A stretch of 64,000 nt of DNA from assembly GCA_965116885.1 (NCBI GenBank), contig OZ220741.1, positions 992,001 through 1,056,000 on the forward strand, given 5' to 3'. Under the pieces are notes generated by a model, which was not told where the DNA came from, searched no databases, and saw only the letters and a program-made list of their open reading frames with translations. Of this stretch, positions 51,170 through 61,591 are shown in pieces; position 1 is the stretch's first letter, and each line of letters begins with the position of its first letter. A program made the position numbers and the translations under genes. The DNA comes from Candidatus Latescibacterota bacterium. GTDB taxonomy: Bacteria > Latescibacterota > UBA2968.

Positions 51170-51857
51170 CGCCTTCTTCGTCATCGTCGCGCCTTCTACC
51201 GCGCTCAATAAGCTCTGGCTCCTGCATCTCTTCGCCTTCTTCGCCCTCAGCGACCACGCCTTCTTCGTCCTCCACTTCCTCTTCTTCTTCGAGCACAAGC
51301 GCGGGCGCAGCCACTGCAAACATCGTGCGGTCGCTATCTGTCACAATAGACAAATCATCGCTATCCAGGACGATATCCGAAACGTGCAGCGAATCCCCGA
51401 TATCCAAATCCGACACATCAACCGCAATATTATCGGGTATATCTGTAGGCAGGCACTCGACCTCAAGCTCGTGCAACATCTGTTCCAGAATCCCCTCGCC
51501 AATCCGCACCCCAACGGCCAACCCCGTAGCTTGAACAGGCACCTCAACCACAATTTTGCGCGTCAAATCAATGCGGTGAAAATCCACATGCAATATCTCG
51601 CCGCGCACGGGATGATACTGAATATCCTTAATAATAGTACTCTGGCTCGTATCGCCTGCGCTCAGCGAAATAATCGCATTGCGACCGTGTGCCTTCAGCA
51701 AATCGGACAATGTGCGATAATCCACAGAACAGGCAACAGACGCGGAATCTTCGCCATAAACAACCGCGGGCAACTGACCGCGATAGCGCAAGCGCTTGGC
51801 AAATTTTTTTCCCGACGCCGTGCGAACATCTACAGTGAGAGAAACTTGATCGGACAT
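51162..51857 (-). CDS. rplY: 50S ribosomal protein L25/Ctc (long form)
   Basis: LPAVVYG, DIQYHPV..ILHVDF, DVSDLDIGDSLHVSD, acidic tail. Confidence 0.95.
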   Translation of the reverse strand: MSDQVSLTVDVRTASGKKFAKRLRYRGQLPAVVYGEDSASVACSVDYRTLSDLLKAHGRNAIISLSAGDTSQSTIIKDIQYHPVRGEILHVDFHRIDLTRKIVVEVPVQATGLAVGVRIGEGILEQMLHELEVECLPTDIPDNIAVDVSDLDIGDSLHVSDIVLDSDDLSIVTDSDRTMFAVAAPALVLEEEEEVEDEEGVVAEGEEGEEMQEPELIERGRRRDDDEEGDE

Positions 51858-51974
51858 ATTTATTCTCCAAAATCAGGGGCTGGGAAAACCCGTCCCCAGT
51901 CCCTCTTTTTTATCTGTATTCATCTGCGAAAAACGCTCAAATCATTCGCGTTTTTTTCTGCGTCATCTGCGGAT

Positions 51975-52841
51975 TCAAACCGGACAACACAAAAACGCCC
52001 GAAACTGTTCGGCCTTAAACCGCGCCCAAACAGCCTCGGCAACATCTCGAGACTCAAAAACACCGTAAAGCGTGGAACCACTGCCAGACATCGACGCAAC
52101 AATTGCGCCGGCATCTGTCAACCGCGACAAAATATCGCGCGTCTCTGGATGCGACTGAACAATAAGCGGCAAAAAATCATTCTCAATGCGCTCAAAAAAA
52201 CCCGAAACGGGCAAATTTTTTACAGAATTAAGGAAACTATCATATTCACCATGCTCTGTCAAGGTCTTTTTATAATTTGCAAACGCCCACCCCGTATGCA
52301 CCTGAAACCCCGGACAAACCAGCACATAAACCACATCCGCAGACCACGGCACATACCGCAAATGCTCCCCCCGACCCGAAACCACTGCCGTCCCCTTTTG
52401 CCGCACAAAAAACGGCACATCGGACCCCAAAGTCGCGCCTATCTCGCGCAGTTCGCCACCTGAAAGACCCGCATCCCACACCCGATTCAAAACCCGCAAC
52501 ACAGCCGCCGCATCTGAACTTCCGCCCCCCAAACCCGCCGCCATCGGAATCCGCTTCTCCATCACAACCTCAACCCCCCGGTCCATCCCCGTATAAGCCC
52601 GAAACGCCGAAACCGCCTGATAAACCAGATTCTCTGGCCCCGTGGGCAAATCCGCATCGTCGCACGACAAAATAATCCGACCCTGCTCGGCGTGCCTGAA
52701 AACGAGGCGGTCACGCAGATCCACAGTCTGAAAAACCGACAAAATATCGTGAAACCCATCGCCGCGCCGCCCGAGAATCTTCAGCCCCAAATTGAGCTTT
52801 GCATACGCGTATTCTACAATATCCAAAACACTATCTCCCAT
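51975..52841 (-). CDS. ispE: 4-diphosphocytidyl-2-C-methyl-D-erythritol kinase
   Basis: AKLNLGL..RGDGFH, KRIPMAAGLGGGSSDAA, GSDVPFF, MSGSGST. Confidence 0.96.
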   Translation of the reverse strand: MGDSVLDIVEYAYAKLNLGLKILGRRGDGFHDILSVFQTVDLRDRLVFRHAEQGRIILSCDDADLPTGPENLVYQAVSAFRAYTGMDRGVEVVMEKRIPMAAGLGGGSSDAAAVLRVLNRVWDAGLSGGELREIGATLGSDVPFFVRQKGTAVVSGRGEHLRYVPWSADVVYVLVCPGFQVHTGWAFANYKKTLTEHGEYDSFLNSVKNLPVSGFFERIENDFLPLIVQSHPETRDILSRLTDAGAIVASMSGSGSTLYGVFESRDVAEAVWARFKAEQFRAFLCCPV

Positions 52842-52955
52842 TGACGCCTTTGGTAAAATATAATACATTCAAAAAATAAAGACCCTTCTGGATCGCGGCT
52901 TACACCCTGCCGCGATGACACACGGGACGGCACGGGGGCCGTCCCCTACAACACC

Positions 52956-55900
52956 ATGCGGAATTTCTACATGATCCTTATTATAAAAACATTACCCCGC
53001 GGTATCACCACGGCTTTTTGCATCCTCCTCGCCATCTCATCCCACCTCTGCGCGCAGGGGACCCAGGATGAAAACGCCCATTACGAACTCGCACAGCGAA
53101 TCTTCAACGATGGCCTCTATGCCGATGCCGCGCGGGAATATAAACAATTCATCATCAACTACCCCAACAGCAAGCGACTGCCCGATGCCATGCTGCGCGT
53201 TGGACAGGCGCTTGCCAGAGCCGAACAATACGACCGCGCACGCGAAGCCTTGCAGCAATTTATCGACCGCTATCCCACCCACATCGAAGTAGGTCGTGCA
53301 ATGCGCGCACGCGCCAATGCACTCAGCCAACTTGGAGAACACACCCGAGCTGGTGCAGTCTATCGCGACGTACACGCGGCCTATCCCGCCTCGACAAACG
53401 CGCCCCATGACCTCTTATCCGCCGGTGAGAACTACCACAAAGGCGGCGCCTTGCCAGAAGCCGGCGCAGCCTATCGCCTACTCGTCGAACAATATCCCAA
53501 ATCGCCTCTGTTCAACGAAGCCACCTTCAACCTGGGCAGGGTTCTACTTGAAGAATCGCGCACCGAAGAAGCCCTCGTGCAATTTCGCACCCTCGCCGAA
53601 CATCCCGGTTCCGCAAAGCGCAAGCCCGACGCCCTCCTCGAAATGGGCAACATCGCCCTATCGCGCGACAACCTCTCGGAAGCAGAACGCATCTTTGCAA
53701 CCCTGCGCGCCAGATATCCCGCAACATCCGCCGCCCAGAACTCGCACCTCATCACAGGCGCATGGCACGCCGGCAAAAACGACTGGGCAAGCGCTGAAAA
53801 AACCTATAACAACGCCCTCGTAAAAATACCGAACAACACCCGTCGCCAACAGGCCCTGTTGGGAAGTGCAAATGCAAAACGCAAACTCGGCAAAAGCGAA
53901 GGTGCGCTACAGCGCTACGCCTCATTTCTGAGAGCCTATCCCAAAAGCCCCTTCCACGCCCACGCCCTGATAGGCTATGGCCGCGCATTTGCAGACCTGA
54001 AAAATTATCGCAACGCACTGGACGCCTTTAGAAATCTACAGGAAAAATATCCAGACGCAGACGTCAGCATCCAGGCTTATGGCGACATTGGAAACATCTG
54101 GCGCGCGCTTGGAACGCACCAAAAAGCATTGACAGCGTATCAAACATACCTCACGCGCATACAATCCCCTATCGAAAAAGCCAATGCACGACTACAAATT
54201 GCGCAAATATGCGAAGACCTGCACTGGTACGACCTCGCAGCCGAAAATTATCGCACCCTGATCAACAGCCCAATCGCACACTGCGCCGCCGAAGGTCAAA
54301 TTGGCCTCGCACGCGTATTTGAAAAAACAGGAGAACCCGCACTCGCACTGCGAGAATATCGCACCTACATCAAAAACCACGGCGACGCCTCGCACGCCGA
54401 AACAGCGGAAACGCGCATCTATCTCCTCACCGAATTTGGCACAGAAACCGACCGCGACCGCATCTATATCGACCTCCTTGCCGACCTCCCCGGCATCGCC
54501 GACGACCCACACACACAATTAAAACTGGGCAAAACCTTCTACAACCGAAAATACTACAACCGCGCAATCACCCACCTCGAAACCGCGCTAACAGCCCAGG
54601 GGCTACCCCTTGAAGCACCCGACGGGTGGGCAGAACACACGATCGCATCGGCTAACGATGACACATCCAGTACGGACGAAAAATCTTTCGCCCCAACATC
54701 CGACGACACACTCGCCCTTGCAGCCGAAGCCGCACGCGCAGCCGAAGCCATTCTCGCATTGGCTGATGGGCGGGAACAGGAGGACATGCGGGACGGCACG
54801 GGGGCCGTCCCCTACACATCTGAAGACATACCCGCCGAAGGACCCAGCGACACATCCGGTACGGGCGAAAAATCTTTCGCCCCTACATCCAACGACACAT
54901 CTAATAATGATACACCACCTGATGACGACACGCCCATACCCGATGAATCGGCATTCATCAACGCCCCTGCCTGGGCATCTGAAGCCTATTATCTCCTCGG
55001 CAACAGCTACTTAAAACAGGCGCGCAGAGCCACCCTCGAAAACAAATCCCCCGACGAATGGCAAAACAAGGGCCTCGCAACACTCAAAATACTCGTCAAA
55101 ATATTCCCCGACAACGACCATGCGGAAAACGCCGCACTCGCCGTCATACACACAGAAACAGCCCACATACAACCCGACACCCTGCGCGCACAAACGCGCC
55201 TGAGTGCCTATCGCGCATATCGCAAAACACATCCCAACAGCCCCGATTTGCTCCTGCGAATCGCCGACGCCCACTTCGCCAACACCCACATCGACAGCGC
55301 CCTGAGCCTGTACCTCCAAATAGAAAAAAAAGCTGGCGATCCCACACTGAAAGAAAAAGTCGCCTATCGCATCGGCTTGTGTCAGGCCAGGCAACAACAA
55401 CACGTACGCGCCGAAGAAACCCTGAAAAATTTCCTCTTCAACTATCCGCAGAGCAACCTGACACCACACGCGCAATTTCAACTGGGACGCATACTCCTCG
55501 ACCGGGAATTTTACGCCAGTGCAGCCGAAGCATTCTCCGAACTCCTCTCCGCATCTCCAACGCTCGCACTCCAGCGATCTGCCCGCTCGCTATTGGCAGA
55601 AAGCTACCATCGCACAGGCAACTATCAACGCGCCATAGAAATAGACGAAAGCCTGATCACCCACAACACCACCCCTCAACTATTGCGACGCCTCGCCGAA
55701 TCTTACGCGCACAACAACCAGCGCGACAAAGCCATCACAACTTATAACATGTACCTCCGCAAATATCCACAAGCACCCGACGCCGACAGCATCGCCTACA
55801 CACGCGCCGAACACCTGACATCGCGCAACCGCACATCGGAAGCCCTCACCGCCTTCCGCGAATTCTCCAAAAAATATCCCAACAGCCCGCTCGGCACACA

Positions 55901-56972
55901 GGCGGATCAAGCCGTGGGCGACCTCCTCTTTCAAACGGAAAAATACGCCCAGGCCATCACCGCGTATCGCCGCGTACCAGAACCCGCACGCAACGAAACC
56001 ATGGCCGCCCGCGAAGTCTTGAGCCTCTACCGCCTCCGGCGCATTGGCGAAGCCAACAAAGCCGCGGGCCAATTCAAAAAAACCTATAAAACGGCAACCG
56101 AATGGCTCGCCCGCTTCGAAGTCGAAAAAGGCAGATATCAACTCGCCGTCAGAAACCCAAAAAAAGCGCGACAAATTTTTGAAGACATCTCAAAAAAATA
56201 CGCCGCCACCGAAGCAGCGGCCGACGCGCGTTATTACATCATCCGCGCCCATCGCGACGAAGGACCCGACAAAGACGGCAACAACGAACCCTATCTCAAC
56301 GCACTCACCGCATTCATAAAAAATTATGCCGACAGCCCGCACTGGGTAGATGCCAACATCGAACTCGCCGAATTTTGGGAACGCAACGAAGAATACAACC
56401 TCTCTGCACGCGCATATCGCAACGCCATTGAAAAAGGCGTCGCCCAATCCAAAAAACCCGACATCCTCCACAAACTCGCAAAAAATTACAGCAACCTCAA
56501 CGCCTATGACCTCGCCATCAACTTTGCGCGCCAGCTCATCCGCGAATTTCCCCAACATCCGCTTGCTCTAAGCGCCCGCATCGACATCGGCACCATTTAC
56601 CTGCCCAACAAAGGCGACCACGAACAAGCCATAACAGAACTTCGCCCCCTGCTCAAACTCGTGACCGCAGAAGACGAAAAAGCCAACATCCAATACGCCA
56701 TCGCAGAAAACTATTTTGAAATGGGCGACTACACCAACGCACTCCGAGAATTTTTGATCTTGCGCTACAACCAGAACGCGGGGGTCATGTGGATCGCATC
56801 TGCACAAATGAAAGTCGCAGAATGCTATGCGGCACAGAATAATATTGAACAAGCCATACAAGAACTCGAAGCCATTAAAAGCCGCCACGGCGCAGCCAGC
56901 ATGTACGGCATTGGCGCGGAAAAGCGCATTCAACAGATAAAAGCACAGTCTGAATCAGGATTTACAAGATGA
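52956..56972 (+). CDS. Large periplasmic TPR protein (BamD/YbgF-type repeats) with REP-derived insertion
   Basis: Signal peptide; many YP.S TPR turns; low-complexity insert at about 54600-54965. Confidence 0.88.
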   Translation: MRNFYMILIIKTLPRGITTAFCILLAISSHLCAQGTQDENAHYELAQRIFNDGLYADAAREYKQFIINYPNSKRLPDAMLRVGQALARAEQYDRAREALQQFIDRYPTHIEVGRAMRARANALSQLGEHTRAGAVYRDVHAAYPASTNAPHDLLSAGENYHKGGALPEAGAAYRLLVEQYPKSPLFNEATFNLGRVLLEESRTEEALVQFRTLAEHPGSAKRKPDALLEMGNIALSRDNLSEAERIFATLRARYPATSAAQNSHLITGAWHAGKNDWASAEKTYNNALVKIPNNTRRQQALLGSANAKRKLGKSEGALQRYASFLRAYPKSPFHAHALIGYGRAFADLKNYRNALDAFRNLQEKYPDADVSIQAYGDIGNIWRALGTHQKALTAYQTYLTRIQSPIEKANARLQIAQICEDLHWYDLAAENYRTLINSPIAHCAAEGQIGLARVFEKTGEPALALREYRTYIKNHGDASHAETAETRIYLLTEFGTETDRDRIYIDLLADLPGIADDPHTQLKLGKTFYNRKYYNRAITHLETALTAQGLPLEAPDGWAEHTIASANDDTSSTDEKSFAPTSDDTLALAAEAARAAEAILALADGREQEDMRDGTGAVPYTSEDIPAEGPSDTSGTGEKSFAPTSNDTSNNDTPPDDDTPIPDESAFINAPAWASEAYYLLGNSYLKQARRATLENKSPDEWQNKGLATLKILVKIFPDNDHAENAALAVIHTETAHIQPDTLRAQTRLSAYRAYRKTHPNSPDLLLRIADAHFANTHIDSALSLYLQIEKKAGDPTLKEKVAYRIGLCQARQQQHVRAEETLKNFLFNYPQSNLTPHAQFQLGRILLDREFYASAAEAFSELLSASPTLALQRSARSLLAESYHRTGNYQRAIEIDESLITHNTTPQLLRRLAESYAHNNQRDKAITTYNMYLRKYPQAPDADSIAYTRAEHLTSRNRTSEALTAFREFSKKYPNSPLGTQADQAVGDLLFQTEKYAQAITAYRRVPEPARNETMAAREVLSLYRLRRIGEANKAAGQFKKTYKTATEWLARFEVEKGRYQLAVRNPKKARQIFEDISKKYAATEAAADARYYIIRAHRDEGPDKDGNNEPYLNALTAFIKNYADSPHWVDANIELAEFWERNEEYNLSARAYRNAIEKGVAQSKKPDILHKLAKNYSNLNAYDLAINFARQLIREFPQHPLALSARIDIGTIYLPNKGDHEQAITELRPLLKLVTAEDEKANIQYAIAENYFEMGDYTNALREFLILRYNQNAGVMWIASAQMKVAECYAAQNNIEQAIQELEAIKSRHGAASMYGIGAEKRIQQIKAQSESGFTR

Positions 56973-57156
56973 AAGGATGAACAGGATAAAGGCAAAAACC
57001 AGGATCAAAAGCAAAATCTCTGGATCGCGGCTCAACACCCTGCTGCGATGACGGGCGGGCACGGGGGCACCGCCCCTACATCCAATGACCGTATCCGCGT
57101 AGGGGACGGCCCCTGTGCCGTCCCGAACAACAGCCCCAACACTAAATATAATAACC

Positions 57157-58677
57157 ATGCCCACCGACCAAAAAGAAGCCCTCATCATCGTCGATCAGCC
57201 CACCGCACTGGGTCGGGACCTGCGTGCCGCGCTCGAAGAACTCGGCTGGCAAACCCTTGTGACCAACAGCGTGAGACCCGCCAGAAAACTGATCTCTGAA
57301 AGCCAGTTTGACCTGCTCATCCTGGACGAAACCACATTGCCCGAAGCCGACGTACAACTCGCCGACACATTATCTGAGCAACCTGAAAAAATCCCCATCT
57401 TCGCAATCACCACCCGGGAAGGGACCCAACTCCAAACAGCGCCCTCACTCGAACCCGATGCCCTGCTCTCCTATCCGTTCATCCCCGCAGAATTGCAGGA
57501 CGCCCTGACGCAAAAACGCACCCGACCCGACACCACCATCCTCGGCCGCTCAGGCGCCATACAACAAATCCGGGAAAGCGTGGCACAAATCGCGCCCACC
57601 CCCGTCAGCGTACTCATCACAGGAGAAAGCGGCTCCGGAAAAAACCTCATCGCCGAAGCCATCCACCGGCAAAGCGCGCGCAGCCGCGAACCCTTTCTCA
57701 TCATCAACTGCGGCGCAATCCCCGAAACCCTCCTCGAAAGCGAACTCTTCGGCCATGAAAAAGGTGCATTTACCGACGCGCGCACGCAGCGGTCTGGCAT
57801 CTTTGAAGCCGCCAACCGCGGCACCGTCTTCCTCGATGAAATCGGCGAAATGTCGCTCTCTGCACAGGTGCGCTTATTGCGCGTCCTCGACGCCAAAGAA
57901 GTCACCCGCCTGGGCAGCACCGCCCCAATAGCCGTTGACGTCCGCGTCATAGCCGCCACCAATCGCAACCTGCAACAAGCCGTTGCCGAAGGCAAATTCA
58001 GGCAAGACCTCTACCAGCGCCTTCGCGTCATCGAAATCGAAATGCCCCCATTGCGCGCCCACCCCGAGGACATCCCCCTCATCGCGCAAAACATCATCCA
58101 AAAACAAAGCGACGAACTCCGCATGCCCCCCATAGAGTTCGCACCCGACGCGATGAACGCACTGCAACAATACCACTGGCCGGGCAATGTCCGGGAACTC
58201 ATCAACCTCATCGAACGCCTCATGATCCTATCAAAAACCCGACACATATCCGCCCTGGACCTCGCGCAATACCTCGACACATCCCCGGTGACAGAACCAT
58301 CTTATCTCCCTGTCCTCGCGGGCAAAACACCTGCAGAATCCGATCGCGACCTCCTCTACTGGGCAATACTCGAAGTCGCCAAAGACGTCAAAGAACTCAA
58401 AGCCTATATCATGCAAAGCATGCAAACATCGCCCCCGCCATCTCTACCCGTCTCCATCTATGACACACCCATAGAAGACACAGAAATCACAGAAACCGCA
58501 GGTGCAGGTTTAGAACCTGAGCCTACCGAAGAAGACATACGCCCCTTGCGAGAACTCGAACGCGAAGCCATCGCCAATGCCCTGCGCGTAACCGGCGGGC
58601 ACCGCGAACGCACCGCAAAACTACTGGGCATGGCCGTACGCACGTTGTACAGGAAGATCGATCAATACGATTTGTAA
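57157..58677 (+). CDS. Sigma54-dependent transcriptional regulator with degenerate REC domain
   Basis: GESGSGKN, ESELFGHEKGAFTDA, WPGNVREL, C-terminal HTH. Confidence 0.93.
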   Translation: MPTDQKEALIIVDQPTALGRDLRAALEELGWQTLVTNSVRPARKLISESQFDLLILDETTLPEADVQLADTLSEQPEKIPIFAITTREGTQLQTAPSLEPDALLSYPFIPAELQDALTQKRTRPDTTILGRSGAIQQIRESVAQIAPTPVSVLITGESGSGKNLIAEAIHRQSARSREPFLIINCGAIPETLLESELFGHEKGAFTDARTQRSGIFEAANRGTVFLDEIGEMSLSAQVRLLRVLDAKEVTRLGSTAPIAVDVRVIAATNRNLQQAVAEGKFRQDLYQRLRVIEIEMPPLRAHPEDIPLIAQNIIQKQSDELRMPPIEFAPDAMNALQQYHWPGNVRELINLIERLMILSKTRHISALDLAQYLDTSPVTEPSYLPVLAGKTPAESDRDLLYWAILEVAKDVKELKAYIMQSMQTSPPPSLPVSIYDTPIEDTEITETAGAGLEPEPTEEDIRPLRELEREAIANALRVTGGHRERTAKLLGMAVRTLYRKIDQYDL

Positions 58678-58681
58678 TGAC

Positions 58682-58789
58682 GGGCAACCACAAGGGATTG
58701 CCCCTACATCTGACCGTGTACGCGTAGGGGACGGCCCCTGTGCCGTCCCGGATGACCACCTGCGGGCGACCACAGGGGGTCGCCCCTAC
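58682..58789. repeat. Three GTAG-type REPs with different stems
   Basis: gggcaaccacaagggattgcccctac; gtaggggacggcccctgtgccgtccc; gggcgaccacagggggtcgcccctac. Confidence 0.85.
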
Positions 58790-58831
58790 AAAACCAATAA
58801 CCATTGATTCCCTATATCGCCTCCGATTTTC

Positions 58832-58860
58832 GGAACCATCTCATAGGGTCGTGGGTCTAA
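58832..58860 (+). promoter_or_regulatory. SigmaE-type promoter of degP
   Basis: GGAACCA-N16-GTCTAA about 50 nt upstream of the ATG, close to the RpoE consensus GGAACTT-N16-GTCWAA. Confidence 0.65.
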
Positions 58861-58911
58861 TCGTCGAAATTCTTAATTTTTAATTTTTAATTCCAAAAAG
58901 GAGTTTCCGCC

Positions 58912-60381
<1,470 letters not shown>

Positions 60382-60392
60382 GGATCGAAATA

Positions 60393-61523
60393 ATGAGCAC
60401 CTCTGAAGCGCGGCTCATGATAGCCGCCAGCGAAACCGACGCCGACATGTACTACGCCACGCGCTTTCTCGCGCCCGACCCCTTCATCTTCTTTCAAATC
60501 GGCGCAAAAAAACACCTCCTCATGTCCGACCTGGAACGCGACCGCGCGCGCGATCAAGCCCAGGTCGATCACGTACTCTCCCTATCCGAATACCAGGAAA
60601 AAGCAAAAAAAAACGACACCGACGAAGAACCCTCTCAAATCGATGCCTTACACGAAGTACTACAAGAAAAAAATATCAACCGCCTGAACGTCCCCCGCGC
60701 CTTCTCCATTGCCACGGCAGACGACCTGCGCGAACGCGGCTACACAGTGGCATTTCCAGAAGGCGCGTATTGGCCCGAACGAGAAATTAAAACCCCTGAT
60801 GAAATCGAACACATCCGCGAAGTCCAGCAACACACCGAAGCCGCAATGGACGCCGCCATAACCCTCATCCGCAACTCGGAAATCCGCGGCGACCGCCTCT
60901 ACCACAACGGCGAACCCCTCACATCGGAACGCGTCAAACGCGAAATAAAATTTCTCCTCCTCGAACGCGACTGCACAGCCGGTCACACCATCGTCGCTGG
61001 CGGCGATCAAGCCTGTGACCCGCACAACGAAGGCACCGGCCCCCTGCACGCGCACCAATCCATCATCATCGACATCTTCCCCCGCTCAAACACCACCGGC
61101 TACTTCGCCGACCTCACCCGCACCGTCGTCAAAGGCGAACCCTCTGCCGACCTCCAGAACATCTACGACGCAGTACTCGCGGGACAAAACCTCGTCCTCG
61201 ACAGCATCCGCGCAGACGCAGACGGCCAGGCCATCCACCGAGCACTCACAGAACTCTTTGAAAACCGCAACTTTGAAACCGGCAACATAGACGGCCGCAT
61301 GCAGGGCTTCTTCCACGGCACGGGCCACGGCCTGGGCCTCGAAATCCACGAACCCCCGCGCATCGGCAAAACCTCGGGAACCCTTCGCGCAGGGCACATC
61401 GTCACCGTTGAACCGGGCCTCTATTATCCCGGTCGAGGCGCCGTACGCATCGAAGACCTCGCCGTCGTCACCGAAGACGGCCTCGAAAACCTGACGACCT
61501 ATCCGAAATTTCTCACCTTGTGA
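60393..61523 (+). CDS. M24 Xaa-Pro aminopeptidase family
   Basis: IIIDIFP..GYFADLTRT, HGTGHGLGLEIHE, TVEPGLY, VRIED. Confidence 0.93.
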   Translation: MSTSEARLMIAASETDADMYYATRFLAPDPFIFFQIGAKKHLLMSDLERDRARDQAQVDHVLSLSEYQEKAKKNDTDEEPSQIDALHEVLQEKNINRLNVPRAFSIATADDLRERGYTVAFPEGAYWPEREIKTPDEIEHIREVQQHTEAAMDAAITLIRNSEIRGDRLYHNGEPLTSERVKREIKFLLLERDCTAGHTIVAGGDQACDPHNEGTGPLHAHQSIIIDIFPRSNTTGYFADLTRTVVKGEPSADLQNIYDAVLAGQNLVLDSIRADADGQAIHRALTELFENRNFETGNIDGRMQGFFHGTGHGLGLEIHEPPRIGKTSGTLRAGHIVTVEPGLYYPGRGAVRIEDLAVVTEDGLENLTTYPKFLTL

Positions 61524-61591
61524 TATAACGCAAAACGGGATTGATGCACAGAGGCAGGTTATAAATACAACCTATTCGTCTATATCGTCCT

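Noticed and set aside
51858..51975. tRNA-Gln, which often follows ispE
   Set aside because: No cloverleaf or T-loop; only a repeat and one hairpin
54660..54899. Diversity-generating retroelement TR/VR pair
   Set aside because: Repeat is only ~51 bp, mismatches are not confined to adenines of one copy, and no reverse transcriptase is present in the window
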